Below, in pieces: positions 1 through 11,143 of a stretch of DNA of 64,000 nucleotides. Position 1 is the first letter of the stretch, and each line of letters starts with the position of its first letter. The notes under the pieces were generated by a model, which was not told the DNA's origin, ran no database searches, and saw only the letters and a program-made list of their open reading frames with translations. Made by a program: the position numbers and the translations under genes. The DNA comes from an uncultured delta proteobacterium (GTDB taxonomy: Bacteria > Desulfobacterota > BSN033 > UBA1163). The DNA is taken from positions 64,001 through 128,000 of the forward strand of contig CAWHBU010000002.1 in the NCBI GenBank assembly GCA_963827685.1, read 5' to 3'.

Positions 1-1005
1 TGTACAACAAACTTGCCAAATTGGATGCCAATTACATTATGTGGGTACCATATTCGAGAGGCCGGGGCGAATGCCATACAGGAAGTGGCATTTACCCTTT
101 CTAATGCGATTGCGTACATTGAGTCGCTTCTTAATAGGGGATTAAATATTGACGATTTCGCTCCGAAATTTAATCTATTTATGACTTCGCATATGGATTT
201 TTTTGAAGAGATTGCAAAATTCCGGGCTGCCAAAAAATTGTGGGCTAGGATTCTTTCAAAGAGGTTTGGAGCTAAAGATCCTAAATCATGTGCCATACGA
301 CTGGTTTGCTATACAGCAGGTAGTCCTTTGACGACCCAGCAACCATTGAACAATGTGATTAGAGTCACTTTAGAGTCACTAGCAGCAGTTCTCAGTGGCA
401 TTAATGTATTGTTATTGAGCTCATACGATGAAGCTTATTGTTTACCATCAGAGGAAGCCATGCGTTTGGCAATGATGACACAACAGATTATTGCTTATGA
501 GAGCGGGGTTACAAATACGATCGATCCTTTAGCTGGTTCTTATTACATCGAAACCCTTAGTACAAGAATTGAACAGGAAGCCCTTAAGTACATAAAAATT
601 ATTGATGAAATGGGAGGAAGCATCAAAGCAATAGAAAACGGCTATTTTAAGAAAGAAATAGCCCAAGCGGCTTATAAACGTCAAATGGATATTGAGAAGA
701 AAGAAAGAATTGTAGTTGGGATGAACGAGTATTTAATGGAGGAGGAAGAAGAAGCTGTTAAGGTATTTAAAGTCAATCCCGAGGCAGAGAAAATCCAGAC
801 TGAGAAATTAAGAAAGTTAAAGGGAGAAAGGAATAACGAGAAGGTGAGGGATAGTTTAATCAAATTAAGAAAAGTTGCAAAAAGCAACGATAATTTATAT
901 CCCGCAGTACTGGGAGCAGTGGAATCTTACGCTACCTTGGGCGAGATATGTGATGTCTTGAGAGAAGTTTTTGGGCAGTATCAAGAAGAGATGTCTTGTA
1001 TTTAG
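1..1005 (+). CDS. B12-dependent acyl-CoA mutase large subunit (methylmalonyl-CoA mutase family), 5'-truncated by the window edge
   Basis: Frame is open from base 1. Motifs GYHIREAGA, FFEEIAKFRA, QQPLNN, SYDEA, TIDPLAGSYYIE and ATLGEICDVLREVFG. No B12-binding domain. Confidence 0.92.
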   Translation, partial: CTTNLPNWMPITLCGYHIREAGANAIQEVAFTLSNAIAYIESLLNRGLNIDDFAPKFNLFMTSHMDFFEEIAKFRAAKKLWARILSKRFGAKDPKSCAIRLVCYTAGSPLTTQQPLNNVIRVTLESLAAVLSGINVLLLSSYDEAYCLPSEEAMRLAMMTQQIIAYESGVTNTIDPLAGSYYIETLSTRIEQEALKYIKIIDEMGGSIKAIENGYFKKEIAQAAYKRQMDIEKKERIVVGMNEYLMEEEEEAVKVFKVNPEAEKIQTEKLRKLKGERNNEKVRDSLIKLRKVAKSNDNLYPAVLGAVESYATLGEICDVLREVFGQYQEEMSCI

Positions 1006-1048
1006 AGTAGCCAACTAAAACTTTACTTTTAAAAGATTGGAGTGAAAC

Positions 1049-1450
1049 ATGATACAAAAAATAGATCATATTGGTATAGCGGTAAAGAATCTTGACAATG
1101 CTATGAAGAAATATGCCCATATTTTTGGATTAAAGGCGACCACCATAGAAGAGCACCGCGATCTGCATATCAGGATATGTTTTATTCCCGTGGGCGAAGT
1201 AATGATCGAATTTCTGGAACCTTTAAGCGAAGAAGGAAGGATTGGAAAATTCATTAAAGAAAATGGTGAGGGAATTCATCATATTGCTTACAGGGTGAAT
1301 GATTTGGAAGGAATATTGAGGTTTATGAAGGATGAAAAGATTAAACTAAGGGATGATCAACCAAGGCCTGGAGGAGAGGGTTCTAAGATCGCCTTTATTG
1401 ACCCAACCGAAACTAATGATGTACTTACCGAATTGGTGGAAAGACTATGA
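1049..1450 (+). CDS. mce: Methylmalonyl-CoA epimerase (VOC fold)
   Basis: IDHIGIAV, IEFLEP, GEGIHHIAY, TELVE; sits in the mutase cluster. Confidence 0.88.
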   Translation: MIQKIDHIGIAVKNLDNAMKKYAHIFGLKATTIEEHRDLHIRICFIPVGEVMIEFLEPLSEEGRIGKFIKENGEGIHHIAYRVNDLEGILRFMKDEKIKLRDDQPRPGGEGSKIAFIDPTETNDVLTELVERL

Positions 1451-1520
1451 CTTTTAGAGATTCGTTTAAGAGTAGTAAAAATGTTATTGAAATTCTTTAA
1501 AATGTGAAAAGGAAATATAA

Positions 1521-3086
1521 ATGAACATCCGAGAACTTATAGAATATAATGCCAAACATAACCCCGATAAGATTTATCTTTTTTTTGAGGATCAGGAAAT
1601 TACCTACAGAGATTTCAATGATAATATTAATCGGATAGCCAACTTGTTGCTTAACCTTGGGATAAAAAGAGGGGATAAAATTTGTATATTACTATTTAAC
1701 AGCCCTGAGTTTTTATATTCCTGGTTCGCCATTAATAAAATTGGCGCGGTGATGATACCAATCAATACAGGGTTTAAAGAAGATGAGGTAAAATATGTTC
1801 TAAACCATTCACAGGCTAAATGCATCATCTACAATGCTGATCTTGAGGAAATAGTCAACAAAATTAGGAATGAATGTGAATTTTTAAGGGAATTCATCTG
1901 CACTGAGAGGTCTTTTGAACCATCGGCCATCCATCTTGTAGAGATGATGAAAAATTCATCCACTTTACTTGGTGACGTTAAAATCAATGATGATGATGAT
2001 GCAATTTATGTCTATACTTCAGGGACCACCGGCCCACCTAAAGGAGTTATGCTTTCCCACCGTTGCTGGGTTTTGACTGGTCAATCTTTTGCGTATACCA
2101 TAGGTCTTAAATCTGAAGATAAAATTATGACCCCGAATCCATTGTTCCATGCTAATGCACAAGCTTATTCAACCATGGGTAGTTTATCTGTTGGAGCAAG
2201 CTTAGTCTTGATTAAAAAATTTAGTGCTTCAAGAACGTGGGATCAAACAAGAAAATACAACGCTAAGAAATTAGTTTTAGTAGGGGCCATGACCCCTATG
2301 TTATGGAATCAACCGAGGAAGGATAACGATTCTGACAACCCAGTAGAAACCCTTGTCGCAGGATTTGTTCCCAAAGAATACTTCGAAGATTTCGAGAAAA
2401 GGTTTGGTGTAAAGGTACAGACGGTGTTTAGTTTAACAGAGTGTGCAATGTGTATCATGGGACCTCGCGAAGGTGTGAGTGTGAAAAAGATTGGAGGAGT
2501 CGGTGTGCCCATGCAGCACCCTGATGAAGACGTTAAAAATATGGTTAAGATCGTAGACAAAGCTGGAAATGATGCTCCCCAAAACACTCCAGGAGAGATT
2601 GTTGTAAAGAATCCCGCTGTAATGAAGGGCTACTTCAGAGATGATGAGGCTACGGCGAAAACATTAAAAGATGGTTGGGTTTTTACGGGCGACAACGGCT
2701 ATGTAGATGAGGATGGGTATTTCTTTTTTATCGCCAGAGAGAAAGATATTATTAGAAAGAAAGGAGAAAACATTTCTGCGGTGGAGCTCGAAAGTGTAAT
2801 AACAAAACATCCAATGATAACCGAAGCAGCAGTGATAGCAGTGCCATCTAATCTTGGACATGGTGAGGACGAAATCAAGGCTTATGTTGTCCCTTCAAAC
2901 AAAGATTTGAAGCCCGAGGAAGTTGTAACTTGGTGTACTCAAAGGTTGGCTTCGTTTAAAGTACCGCGATATATAGAATTTAGAGAAAGTCTGCCCAAAA
3001 CTGCGACCGGAAGAGTCAAAAAGGATATTCTAAAAAAAGAGAAGGAAAATTTGACAGAAGGGTCTTTTGATAAGGATGCAAGGTGA
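1521..3086 (+). CDS. AMP-forming acyl-CoA synthetase (CaiC/long-chain ligase-like)
   Basis: YTSGTTGPPKG, PLFHANAQ, TGDNG, ENIS, PKTATGRV. Confidence 0.9.
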   Translation: MNIRELIEYNAKHNPDKIYLFFEDQEITYRDFNDNINRIANLLLNLGIKRGDKICILLFNSPEFLYSWFAINKIGAVMIPINTGFKEDEVKYVLNHSQAKCIIYNADLEEIVNKIRNECEFLREFICTERSFEPSAIHLVEMMKNSSTLLGDVKINDDDDAIYVYTSGTTGPPKGVMLSHRCWVLTGQSFAYTIGLKSEDKIMTPNPLFHANAQAYSTMGSLSVGASLVLIKKFSASRTWDQTRKYNAKKLVLVGAMTPMLWNQPRKDNDSDNPVETLVAGFVPKEYFEDFEKRFGVKVQTVFSLTECAMCIMGPREGVSVKKIGGVGVPMQHPDEDVKNMVKIVDKAGNDAPQNTPGEIVVKNPAVMKGYFRDDEATAKTLKDGWVFTGDNGYVDEDGYFFFIAREKDIIRKKGENISAVELESVITKHPMITEAAVIAVPSNLGHGEDEIKAYVVPSNKDLKPEEVVTWCTQRLASFKVPRYIEFRESLPKTATGRVKKDILKKEKENLTEGSFDKDAR

Positions 3087-3155
3087 TCAATAAGTTTGGT
3101 TATCTGAGAGAGTAATTTAATGAATAAACTTTCTTGACGAACGGGAGTTAAAATA

Positions 3156-4313
3156 ATGGAAAAGAGTGTTGCTATAGTTGGTGCAGGTCAGAGTGCTTTT
3201 TATAGAAAATGCGGTATGGCTCCAAGGGAGCTTTGTTTTATAGGATTTCAGGAAGCGATAAAAGATATAAATCTCAAGTCTGAGCAAATTGATGCATCTA
3301 TTATTTGTTCAGCACCTGAATATGACAAGCAGAGGAGTCCTGCAGCGGGTATTGGTGATTATTTGGGCATTATACCTGCAACCAGTTTCAACATAGAGGC
3401 ACTTTGTTCTTCAAGCTCAGCGGGAGTACGAGTTGCTTATTCACTAATTCAATCTGGTCTTCATCAAGTGGTTGCTGTTATCGGTTTCCAAAAGATGTCT
3501 GAATTGACCTCTCGCGAAGCAGCGGAAAGAATGGTTCGAGGAGGGGACGTGCAGTGGGAATCACCGCTTGGAGTGACTATGCCAGCGTATTTCGGCATGG
3601 TGGCTTCAGCGCAAATGGCAAAATATCACACGACCGCGGAGCAACTAGCTAAAATACGAGTCAAGAGTTCGATATATGGAGAATTAAATGAGAAGGCCAT
3701 ATTCCGGAAACGAGTTAGTCTTGAAGAGGTGTTGGCCTCTGAAATGGTGTCATCCCCACTTCGAAAGCTTGACTGTTGCGCAAATGCCGATGGTGCAGCG
3801 GTGATAATACTAGCTAGCAGCGAAGTGGCTAAGAGAATAACTGATAAACCTATTTGGATATTAGGAATTGGAGGATCAACGAGACCGACTTCTCTAGCTA
3901 GTCGCCTAAGTTTTACCAATGTGCCCGTTGCAAGGGAGGCAGTACAGGATGCCTATGAAATGGCAGGAATAGGTCCTGAGGATATTGATGTGGCTGAAGT
4001 TCATGACTGTTTTACAATAGCAGAAATAGTCGCTTATGAAGATTGTGATTTTGCCAAGCCGGGGGAGGGATCGAGACTCATCGATGAGAAACAGACTTAT
4101 CTTGGAGGGAAGATTCCTGTAAATCTGGATGGAGGCCTTCTTTCCAAAGGGCATCCAATAGGGGCTACCGGAGCCTCTCAGATAAGGACTATCGTTAAAC
4201 AGCTTCGAGGAGAGGCTGGTAAAACTCAGGTTGAGGGGGCAAAAATCGGGTTAGTTCATAACCTTGGAGGCCCTGGTGTTTATGGGTTTATAACGATACT
4301 TGGGAGAGATTAA
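3156..4313 (+). CDS. Thiolase-family protein (SCP2/archaeal type)
   Basis: EALCSSS (catalytic Cys), AEVHDCFT, KGHPIGATG, HNLGG. Confidence 0.9.
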   Translation: MEKSVAIVGAGQSAFYRKCGMAPRELCFIGFQEAIKDINLKSEQIDASIICSAPEYDKQRSPAAGIGDYLGIIPATSFNIEALCSSSSAGVRVAYSLIQSGLHQVVAVIGFQKMSELTSREAAERMVRGGDVQWESPLGVTMPAYFGMVASAQMAKYHTTAEQLAKIRVKSSIYGELNEKAIFRKRVSLEEVLASEMVSSPLRKLDCCANADGAAVIILASSEVAKRITDKPIWILGIGGSTRPTSLASRLSFTNVPVAREAVQDAYEMAGIGPEDIDVAEVHDCFTIAEIVAYEDCDFAKPGEGSRLIDEKQTYLGGKIPVNLDGGLLSKGHPIGATGASQIRTIVKQLRGEAGKTQVEGAKIGLVHNLGGPGVYGFITILGRD

Positions 4314-4314
4314 A

Positions 4315-4731
4315 ATGGGACTAGAAATTTTTGGAACAATTAGTTTTACATCGGAGACAAAAGCAGGGGATTTTGTAAAATTTCTTCAAGACGGGAAGTT
4401 CAAAACCACTCAATGTAGAAATTGTGACAAAATTTATTTTCCGCCCAGAGTCGATTGTGGTGCTTGTGAATCTAGCATGATGGACTGGATTGAAATAACT
4501 GACTCAGGTGAGCTTGTTGCATATTCAACCATTATGTATGGACCGACAGGATTTGAAAATGAGGTTCCGTATACGATTGGGGTGATTAAATTAGCCAATG
4601 GTGTTCAGATCTTTGGGAGACTGAGCAAAAAGATTTCTCTTAACGAGATTGAGATAGGAATAAAGCTAAAAGTCGTCCCGACCAGATTACCTTTGGATAG
4701 GGTTTCTTTTGAATTTGTGAGGTCGGATTAA
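4315..4731 (+). CDS. DUF35 Zn-ribbon/OB-fold thiolase partner
   Basis: CRNC...FPPRVDCGAC followed by PYTIGVIKL; ATG lies 1 nt after the thiolase stop. Confidence 0.85.
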   Translation: MGLEIFGTISFTSETKAGDFVKFLQDGKFKTTQCRNCDKIYFPPRVDCGACESSMMDWIEITDSGELVAYSTIMYGPTGFENEVPYTIGVIKLANGVQIFGRLSKKISLNEIEIGIKLKVVPTRLPLDRVSFEFVRSD

Positions 4732-4870
4732 TTAGATATCGGGGGCTTAATTTGCCGCAAGAAAGATATCAATGAATAATCCAAAGAAATGATAGGGATT
4801 AAATTAAATATGAAGGATTCTGTCTCAGGAAAAGCGGAGATAATGATCAAGGAAACTAAAGGGGGATATT

Positions 4871-5272
4871 ATGGCTAGACAGAAGATGAAGGTTCGTGTC
4901 CTGATTGCAAAGATTGGATTAGATGGCCATGATCGTGGAGCAAAAGTGATTTCGAGGGCCTTACGAGATGCGGGAATGGAGGTTATTTATACGGGTTTGA
5001 AAAAAACTCCTAGAGATATCGCAAGGATTGCTATTGAAGAAGATGTAGATCTAATAGGTATCAGCATTCTTTCCGCGGCCCATGAGACACTTTTACCAGA
5101 GCTATGTCAATTATTAAAAGAGAGTGATGGAGGCGATATTAAGGTAATAGCTGGTGGAATAATCCCCAAAAATGATATTCCTCCCCTAAAGGAATTGGGG
5201 GTACAAGCGGTTTTTGGCCCTGGAACAAAAACCGAAGAAATCGTCCAATTTATTAAAACCCTTATTGAATAG
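4871..5272 (+). CDS. Cobalamin-binding (small) subunit of acyl-CoA mutase
   Basis: KIGLDGHDRGAKV (DxHxxG), GISILSAAH, GGIIP, FGPGT. Confidence 0.93.
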   Translation: MARQKMKVRVLIAKIGLDGHDRGAKVISRALRDAGMEVIYTGLKKTPRDIARIAIEEDVDLIGISILSAAHETLLPELCQLLKESDGGDIKVIAGGIIPKNDIPPLKELGVQAVFGPGTKTEEIVQFIKTLIE

Positions 5273-5283
5273 TTCATCACAAA

Positions 5284-6294
5284 ATGATTCTGTCAGGCAA
5301 AATTCTGGGAAATAGATCGTCCCTCAAATTAGTGGACGAAATGTTAAAGGGTTCAATTAGGGCGCTGAGTAGACTCATTACATTAATCGAGGACGATCCT
5401 CGAGGTTCTTTAGAAGTATTGAAGAAGATATATTACCATTCGGGCAATGCTTACATCGTTGGACTAACTGGAGCTCCCGGTACAGGGAAGAGTACACTAA
5501 TCGACCATGTGGCCGTGGAATTAAAAAGACAGGGGTTTAAAATAGGCATTATTGCTATTGACCCATCAAGCCCATTCACGGGAGGAGCCTTCCTGGGTGA
5601 TCGGGTACGCATGGCAGAAACTCTCAATGAAGATGATATTTATATAAGGAGTATGAGTACCCGTGGGAGTTTAGGTGGGCTATCAGCAGCTACAAAAAAT
5701 GTAATCAAAATATTAGATGCGTTTGGGAAAGATTTTATTTTAGTTGAAACAGCTGGAACTGGCCAGGCAGAAGTGGACGTAATGAAAGAGACTGAAACAA
5801 CCAGTGTTGTATGTGTCCCGGGATTAGGCGACGAGATTCAGATTATGAAGGCTGGAGTTATGGAGATTGGAGATATATTTGTAGTTAATAAGGCTGATAA
5901 GAACGGTGCTGAAAGATTAGTTGAAGAGATTGAGACGATATTTCGCATGGGTTTTCGATCTGAAGAGTGGGTTCCACCTATAGTAAAAACCATTGCTACT
6001 AAAGGGGAAGGCATTAATGCATTCGTTGAAAAGATATTAAATCACCGCCAATATTTAATCGGAAGAGGTTTACTGAAGGTCAAAAGGATGAACCGGATGC
6101 GGCAAGAAATTGTGGAAATGGTAAATGATAAGATTATTAATGAAATCATCATTCCAATTAAGGAATCATATACGGTTCCTGAAAACATTTTAAATAAAAT
6201 TATTCTTCGGCAAAAAGATCCTTATTCGGTGACAGAAGAAATTGTGGACAATTTTGTTGAAGTTTTCCACAAGTCTTGCAAGGAGGGTAACTAG
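5284..6294 (+). CDS. meaB: Mutase-associated GTPase chaperone MeaB/ArgK
   Basis: GLTGAPGTGKST, DPSSPFTGGAFLGDRVRM, NKAD. Confidence 0.92.
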   Translation: MILSGKILGNRSSLKLVDEMLKGSIRALSRLITLIEDDPRGSLEVLKKIYYHSGNAYIVGLTGAPGTGKSTLIDHVAVELKRQGFKIGIIAIDPSSPFTGGAFLGDRVRMAETLNEDDIYIRSMSTRGSLGGLSAATKNVIKILDAFGKDFILVETAGTGQAEVDVMKETETTSVVCVPGLGDEIQIMKAGVMEIGDIFVVNKADKNGAERLVEEIETIFRMGFRSEEWVPPIVKTIATKGEGINAFVEKILNHRQYLIGRGLLKVKRMNRMRQEIVEMVNDKIINEIIIPIKESYTVPENILNKIILRQKDPYSVTEEIVDNFVEVFHKSCKEGN

Positions 6295-6408
6295 ATTGGA
6301 CAATCAAATCCCTAAAGTTTTAGTTCACGTAGAGATCCTTGGGGATTTCCAAAAGGAAAGAGTAAATGATTTAGAGGGAGTCAGATCTGGAGCAATCATT
6401 TTAGTATA

Positions 6409-8107
6409 ATGGGGAGCGGGATGAAAAAAGAGACGGATATTAAGAAATTAACGGAAGGAAAGGAAAAGTGGGAGAGAGAGGTGGTGGACAGAGAAATAAA
6501 GAACACTGGAGAAAGAAGAACTACTTTTGAAACGACATCAGGAATTCCTGTTGAGCGAATATATACACCAATTGATCTGGAAAAAAGGCGTTTTGAATAC
6601 CTAAGAGACTTGAATTTTCCGGGAAGCTACCCTTACACAAGAGGAAAGACATCAACAATGTACCGTAGCAATTTATGGGTTTTTGGACAATATGCAGGAT
6701 TAGGGAGAGCGGAAGAAGCCAATAAGCGATATAAGTACTTAATTTCTAAAGGGTATACAGGTTTATCAGTGGCTTTGGATCTTCCAACTCAAGTTGGTCT
6801 TGACTCAGACCATGACTTAGCTCATGGAGAGGTCGGAAGAGCAGGCGTTGCGATTGATTCATTGAAAGATATTGAAGACTTGTTTGATGGCATCCCTTTA
6901 GATAGACCTAGACAAGTGAGCACAACTGCCAACTCAATTGGGCCTATATGGGTTGCACTTATTTTGTCACTAGGAGAGAAGCAGGGAATAAGCCCTGGAC
7001 AATATAACTTGCGTCTTCAAAACGATTGCTTGAAGGAATATATTGCTAGAGGAACTTATATATTTCCACCTCTTCCTTCCTTAAAGTTTTCTTGTGATGT
7101 GATCGAATATTTTGCAAAGAATCATCCAACTTGGTTTCCTATATCCGTTTCTGGATATCATATAAGGGAAGCCGGAGCTTCCGCAGTACAAGAAATCGCT
7201 TTTACCATGGCCAATGCCATAGCATATATTGACGAAACGATTAGGAGAGGAATCCCTTTCACAAAATTTGGACCTCAACTCTGCGTTTTCCTCTCTTCTG
7301 GTATGGATCTTTTTGAGGAGGTTTCGAAATTTAGAGCTATGAGAAGAATTTGGGCTCGGATATTAAAGGAGAGGTTCAAGATTGAAGATGCAAGATCACT
7401 TGCTCTTAATCTAATTAATTTTACGACTGGTTCAACGCTAACCTCACAACAACCATATAATAATCTTGTTAGGGTAACCATTGAAGCTCTGGCTTCAGTA
7501 CTGGGGGGATGCCAGTCTTTAATGCCTTCATCGATAGATGAGGCATTTTGCACTCCGACCGAGAAATCTGTGACGCTTTCTTTAAGGACGCAGCAGATTC
7601 TAGCATTTCGAAAGTAATATTACCAATACAATTGACCCTCTTGGAGGTGCTTATTATATCGAAAGTCTGACCTCAGAAATAGAAGAAAGAGTAATGGAAT
7701 ACATGAAGAGAATTGATAGTATCGGTGGGCCGATAGTCGCCATCGAAAGTGGTTTTTTTCAAAAAGAAATTTCTGAATTTGCTTATAAACTGCAGAGAGA
7801 AGTAGAGACGGGCGAAAAAATTGTCGTTGGCCTAAACAAATTTGTAATTGATGAAGATATAGACTTGCAGATCATGAAATTTGATTCCCAGGGAGAAAAA
7901 AGACAAATTGACAAACTGAGAACACTGCGGGAAATCCGAAATAACAAAAAGGTGAATGCGGCCTTGTCTGAATTAAAGATTCAGGCAAAAAAGAATAACA
8001 ATTTAGTACCGGCCATTATAGAAGCGGCAAAATGTTATGCCACGGTCGGGGAAATTTGTGACGTTCTTCGTAGTATCTATGGAGAATATCGTGAAAATCT
8101 TTATTAG
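6409..8107 (+). CDS. Second acyl-CoA mutase large subunit, split by a +1 insertion at ~7606 (probable sequencing artefact)
   Basis: ORFs 6409-7617 and 7694-8107 join if one T is removed from GCATTTCGAAAGT. This restores AFESNITNTIDPLGGAYYIE, matching the paralog's AYESGVTNTIDPLAGSYYIE. Confidence 0.85.
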
Positions 8108-8436
8108 AGTTAAACGCCTAAGATTTAGAAACTAGCAAGAACGATTCGGCCCATCCTTCTTTATAATACTTTATCGGCAACTCAGAGAATTCTTCATTTA
8201 TTTGGAGGTGCCATTTTACTTCGGTCCCGCAGAGTAGGGCTGCCAAGCCAAGATGCTAAATGGAAAATATATTTGCTATATTTGACGCGGCAATAAAATA
8301 TCGAACATATCCTCTTGAAATGCCAAGCTAAGCAGCTTGCAGGCTCAGAAGAAATAGATCGAAAATTGCAACTGCCTCTTTTTCCAATTCCATTAAATAC
8401 ATCTCTGAATGTTAACAAGGATAGAGGAGGTGTAAA

Positions 8437-8591
8437 ATGAAGGTTGTTGGAAAATTGCTTCGAGAAGAAGATCGGTTCCTGAAGCGATTGTGCGTGTTCT
8501 CAAGGAAATAGGCATTGACATGGTTTTTGGCATACCTGGTGGCAACACCAAGTACCTCTTAATGTCCTCCTTGATTATGTGCGAAAGTTAA
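8437..8591 (+). pseudogene. 5' remnant of a ThDP-dependent (acetolactate synthase-like) enzyme
   Basis: GAGGAGG RBS and ATG at 8437. After a frameshift the text reads VPEAIVRVLKEIGIDMVFGIPGGNT, the typical ThDP-enzyme N-terminus, then stops. Confidence 0.65.
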
Positions 8592-9735
8592 AATTTGACT
8601 TTGCAGACACTGTCAAGTGTGATGGTGACTCCTTCCTCCTACCATCAATTCATAGTATAAATCTCTGTGGATGAAAGATTATTGATGAGTCATGGAAAGG
8701 CAGGAGGGCTTACTTCTTCCTGGATCCTAGAATCCTTATTTCAGTCTGTCCCCTGCCTCCCAAGCCATGATAAGTTGATTGGATCATAGAATCCTTGTCA
8801 CGATGGAGGATTGGTCGGGAGGCAATTCCTGCTTTGCGCCTGCCAACCTCTTTTCAAGTCCTTTTCTGCGAAAAGCTTCTTGCCATCTAGAAAGATTTCT
8901 ATGGAGTCCTTTATAGGAGGTCCTTTTAAGGAAAATAATTTTACTTCATTTGAATTGAACACTTTTAATCCACAAAAGATGTTGAATGCCTGTGGAAGTA
9001 GGTTTTCTTTCCTTTTGTAGAAGTCCTCTCCACCATTTTGCCTAATGAATTAGCACGTCTAAAACCTTGAATCCAACAATCTTCATCATCTAATACTAAT
9101 CAAATCCTTCTAAAAAATTTAACCAGGTCCCAAGCCGTGTACTCACAAATATTTTTAAGAGAAGGTTTATACGTACACGCAAGGCGAAGAGATGCCCTTT
9201 ATAGGTGTATTCGCCAACCAATCAAACAATAACCGGTAATCCATCAAGGCCGGGATCAAGGTATTAAAAGCAGGGTTATTTCTCCGCTCAACTGCGGCCA
9301 ATAACTACCTTAGCCTCGACCAGAACAATTTTCAGTAGAGCTCTTCCGGGAGAATTTCGTCACGCATGCAAAGAATCCTCTCCATGGGTTTCTTTCGCGG
9401 TCTGTCGAGACTTTGCTCTCGAAAACAGTTGAAGGAGTTGCCTAAACATGCTAAATAAATTATTCATCGATGGCCCCTTTTTATTTGTGACGGGATTCTG
9501 GAAAGAAATCTTTCCACCACGGTATTATTCGGGGACGTTTTTTCTTCAAAACTAATTTGGACAAGGGTGTCACACCGTAGGTCTTTGAGTGCCTGGTTTC
9601 GTCCAGAATAATTTGTAATTGGAAACCGTATGCTCGCCTGCGTAGCTTAATCGGGGTGTTCTACTAAGCCTAACAGATGAGATCATTATACAGATTGTTG
9701 GGTAAGAGATCTATTTTATTAGTAAAAATGATGGT

Positions 9736-10647
9736 ATGATTATAAAAGAAGGCAAAGATTACCTAGACCTCAAGGCCATTCTGGTTATGCTCGTTCTGAC
9801 CGGCCTCTGGGGGTTTAACTACGTCGCTGTTAAATACTCGAACGAGGGATTGGCACCCATCTTCACCTCGGCATTGCGGTCAATCATCGCATCAATCTGC
9901 GGGATCATATATTGCGTTAGCAAAAAAGAGAAGCTCTTCCACACCGACATTAGGCTCTTTCATGGGTTTATGGTCGGTCTCCTCTTTGCCTTGGAGTTTG
10001 CTTGCATTTACGTTGGCCTACTCCACACAGATGCAGCGCGCTCAATAATTTTCGTTAATACGAGTCCGTTCATTGTCGCGTTGGGTGCACACTTCCTCTT
10101 GAAAGGGGATCGGCTGACAGTGAATAAGATAGTGGGCCTCGTTCTCGCTTTTGCAGGTGTCCTCATCGTTTTTGGAGGGAGGCCCGCGGCGGCCAAGCCA
10201 TCGATGTTCCTGGGCGACGTTTTAGAACTCCTTGCCGCTTTTTTCTGGGGGGCGACAACGCTATACATAAAGCGGTTCCTGGCAGAGGAAGTAAAGCCCA
10301 TCCATACCTTCCTTTATCAACTTGTCTTTTCCGCGCCTATTCTTTTTGCACTAAGCCTTTTTATTGAACCGTGTTGGATTCGGGAAATAAATCGAGTTGT
10401 TCTATACTCCCTTTTCTACCAGTCCGTGATCTCAGGTTTCTTCAGTCTCCTCATCTGGTTTCAACTCATTCACCAATATCCAGTAGGTCGACTCTCGGCA
10501 TTCACTTTCTTCGGCCCGATCTTCGGCGTGCTCTTCGGTACGGTCTTTCTCGGAGAAGAATTTACCTTTTCTCTAATCATTGGACTCCCGATGGTTTGCT
10601 TAGGAATCTTTCTCGTGAACTGGAGAAAATCAACCTCTTTATTGTAA
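9736..10647 (+). CDS. EamA/DMT family transporter
   Basis: About 10 hydrophobic segments in two repeats; WGFNYVAVK, LKGDRL, FLGEEFT. Confidence 0.9.
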   Translation: MIIKEGKDYLDLKAILVMLVLTGLWGFNYVAVKYSNEGLAPIFTSALRSIIASICGIIYCVSKKEKLFHTDIRLFHGFMVGLLFALEFACIYVGLLHTDAARSIIFVNTSPFIVALGAHFLLKGDRLTVNKIVGLVLAFAGVLIVFGGRPAAAKPSMFLGDVLELLAAFFWGATTLYIKRFLAEEVKPIHTFLYQLVFSAPILFALSLFIEPCWIREINRVVLYSLFYQSVISGFFSLLIWFQLIHQYPVGRLSAFTFFGPIFGVLFGTVFLGEEFTFSLIIGLPMVCLGIFLVNWRKSTSLL

Positions 10648-10852
10648 AAGTCTCGTGAATTCGCACTGGGAGAGGAAGTGGAATTAGGACATTAAATTCT
10701 TATGGCTCAAGTTAGCTCTTGAAAACGAATAGGCCTCGAATATTTTTTTTATATTGCCACAAAGTTTCCAGATATCGCTTCTGTTTACCTCCTGACGTAC
10801 AATTTCTAAGGGGCGAAATTTTCCTTAACTAATTGATTTTTATTTTTAAAAG

Positions 10853-11143
10853 ATGTATAAGAAATTTGTAGAGAAATGGCAACAAAACCATTTTGAATAC
10901 AGAAAGGGAGGGAAAAGTATGGAGAACTGCTTCGGAGCATTAAAAAGCGTTTTGTTGATCTATCCACAATTGTATCCCGGATATTTAATGCCCGAAGAGA
11001 AGCAAGGCATGGAAACGCTTGGAATTGGTGTAAGTGCCGGTTGGATTTTATTATTTATCTGCATTTCCATTTTCGTGTTGGTTATGTTCTTTTTTGGAGA
11101 GATTCGCGGTTCCTTGAAGAGAAAGGGACGGACCATTAAATAG
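10853..11143 (+). CDS. Small hypothetical membrane protein (start uncertain)
   Basis: One hydrophobic segment followed by a basic tail; no recognisable family. Confidence 0.3.
   Translation: MYKKFVEKWQQNHFEYRKGGKSMENCFGALKSVLLIYPQLYPGYLMPEEKQGMETLGIGVSAGWILLFICISIFVLVMFFFGEIRGSLKRKGRTIK

Noticed and set aside
6640-6705. Mutase as 2-hydroxyisobutyryl-, isobutyryl- or pivalyl-CoA mutase
   Set aside because: The specificity position is Tyr (QYAG), not Ile, Phe or Leu, and the carboxylate-binding Arg is retained.
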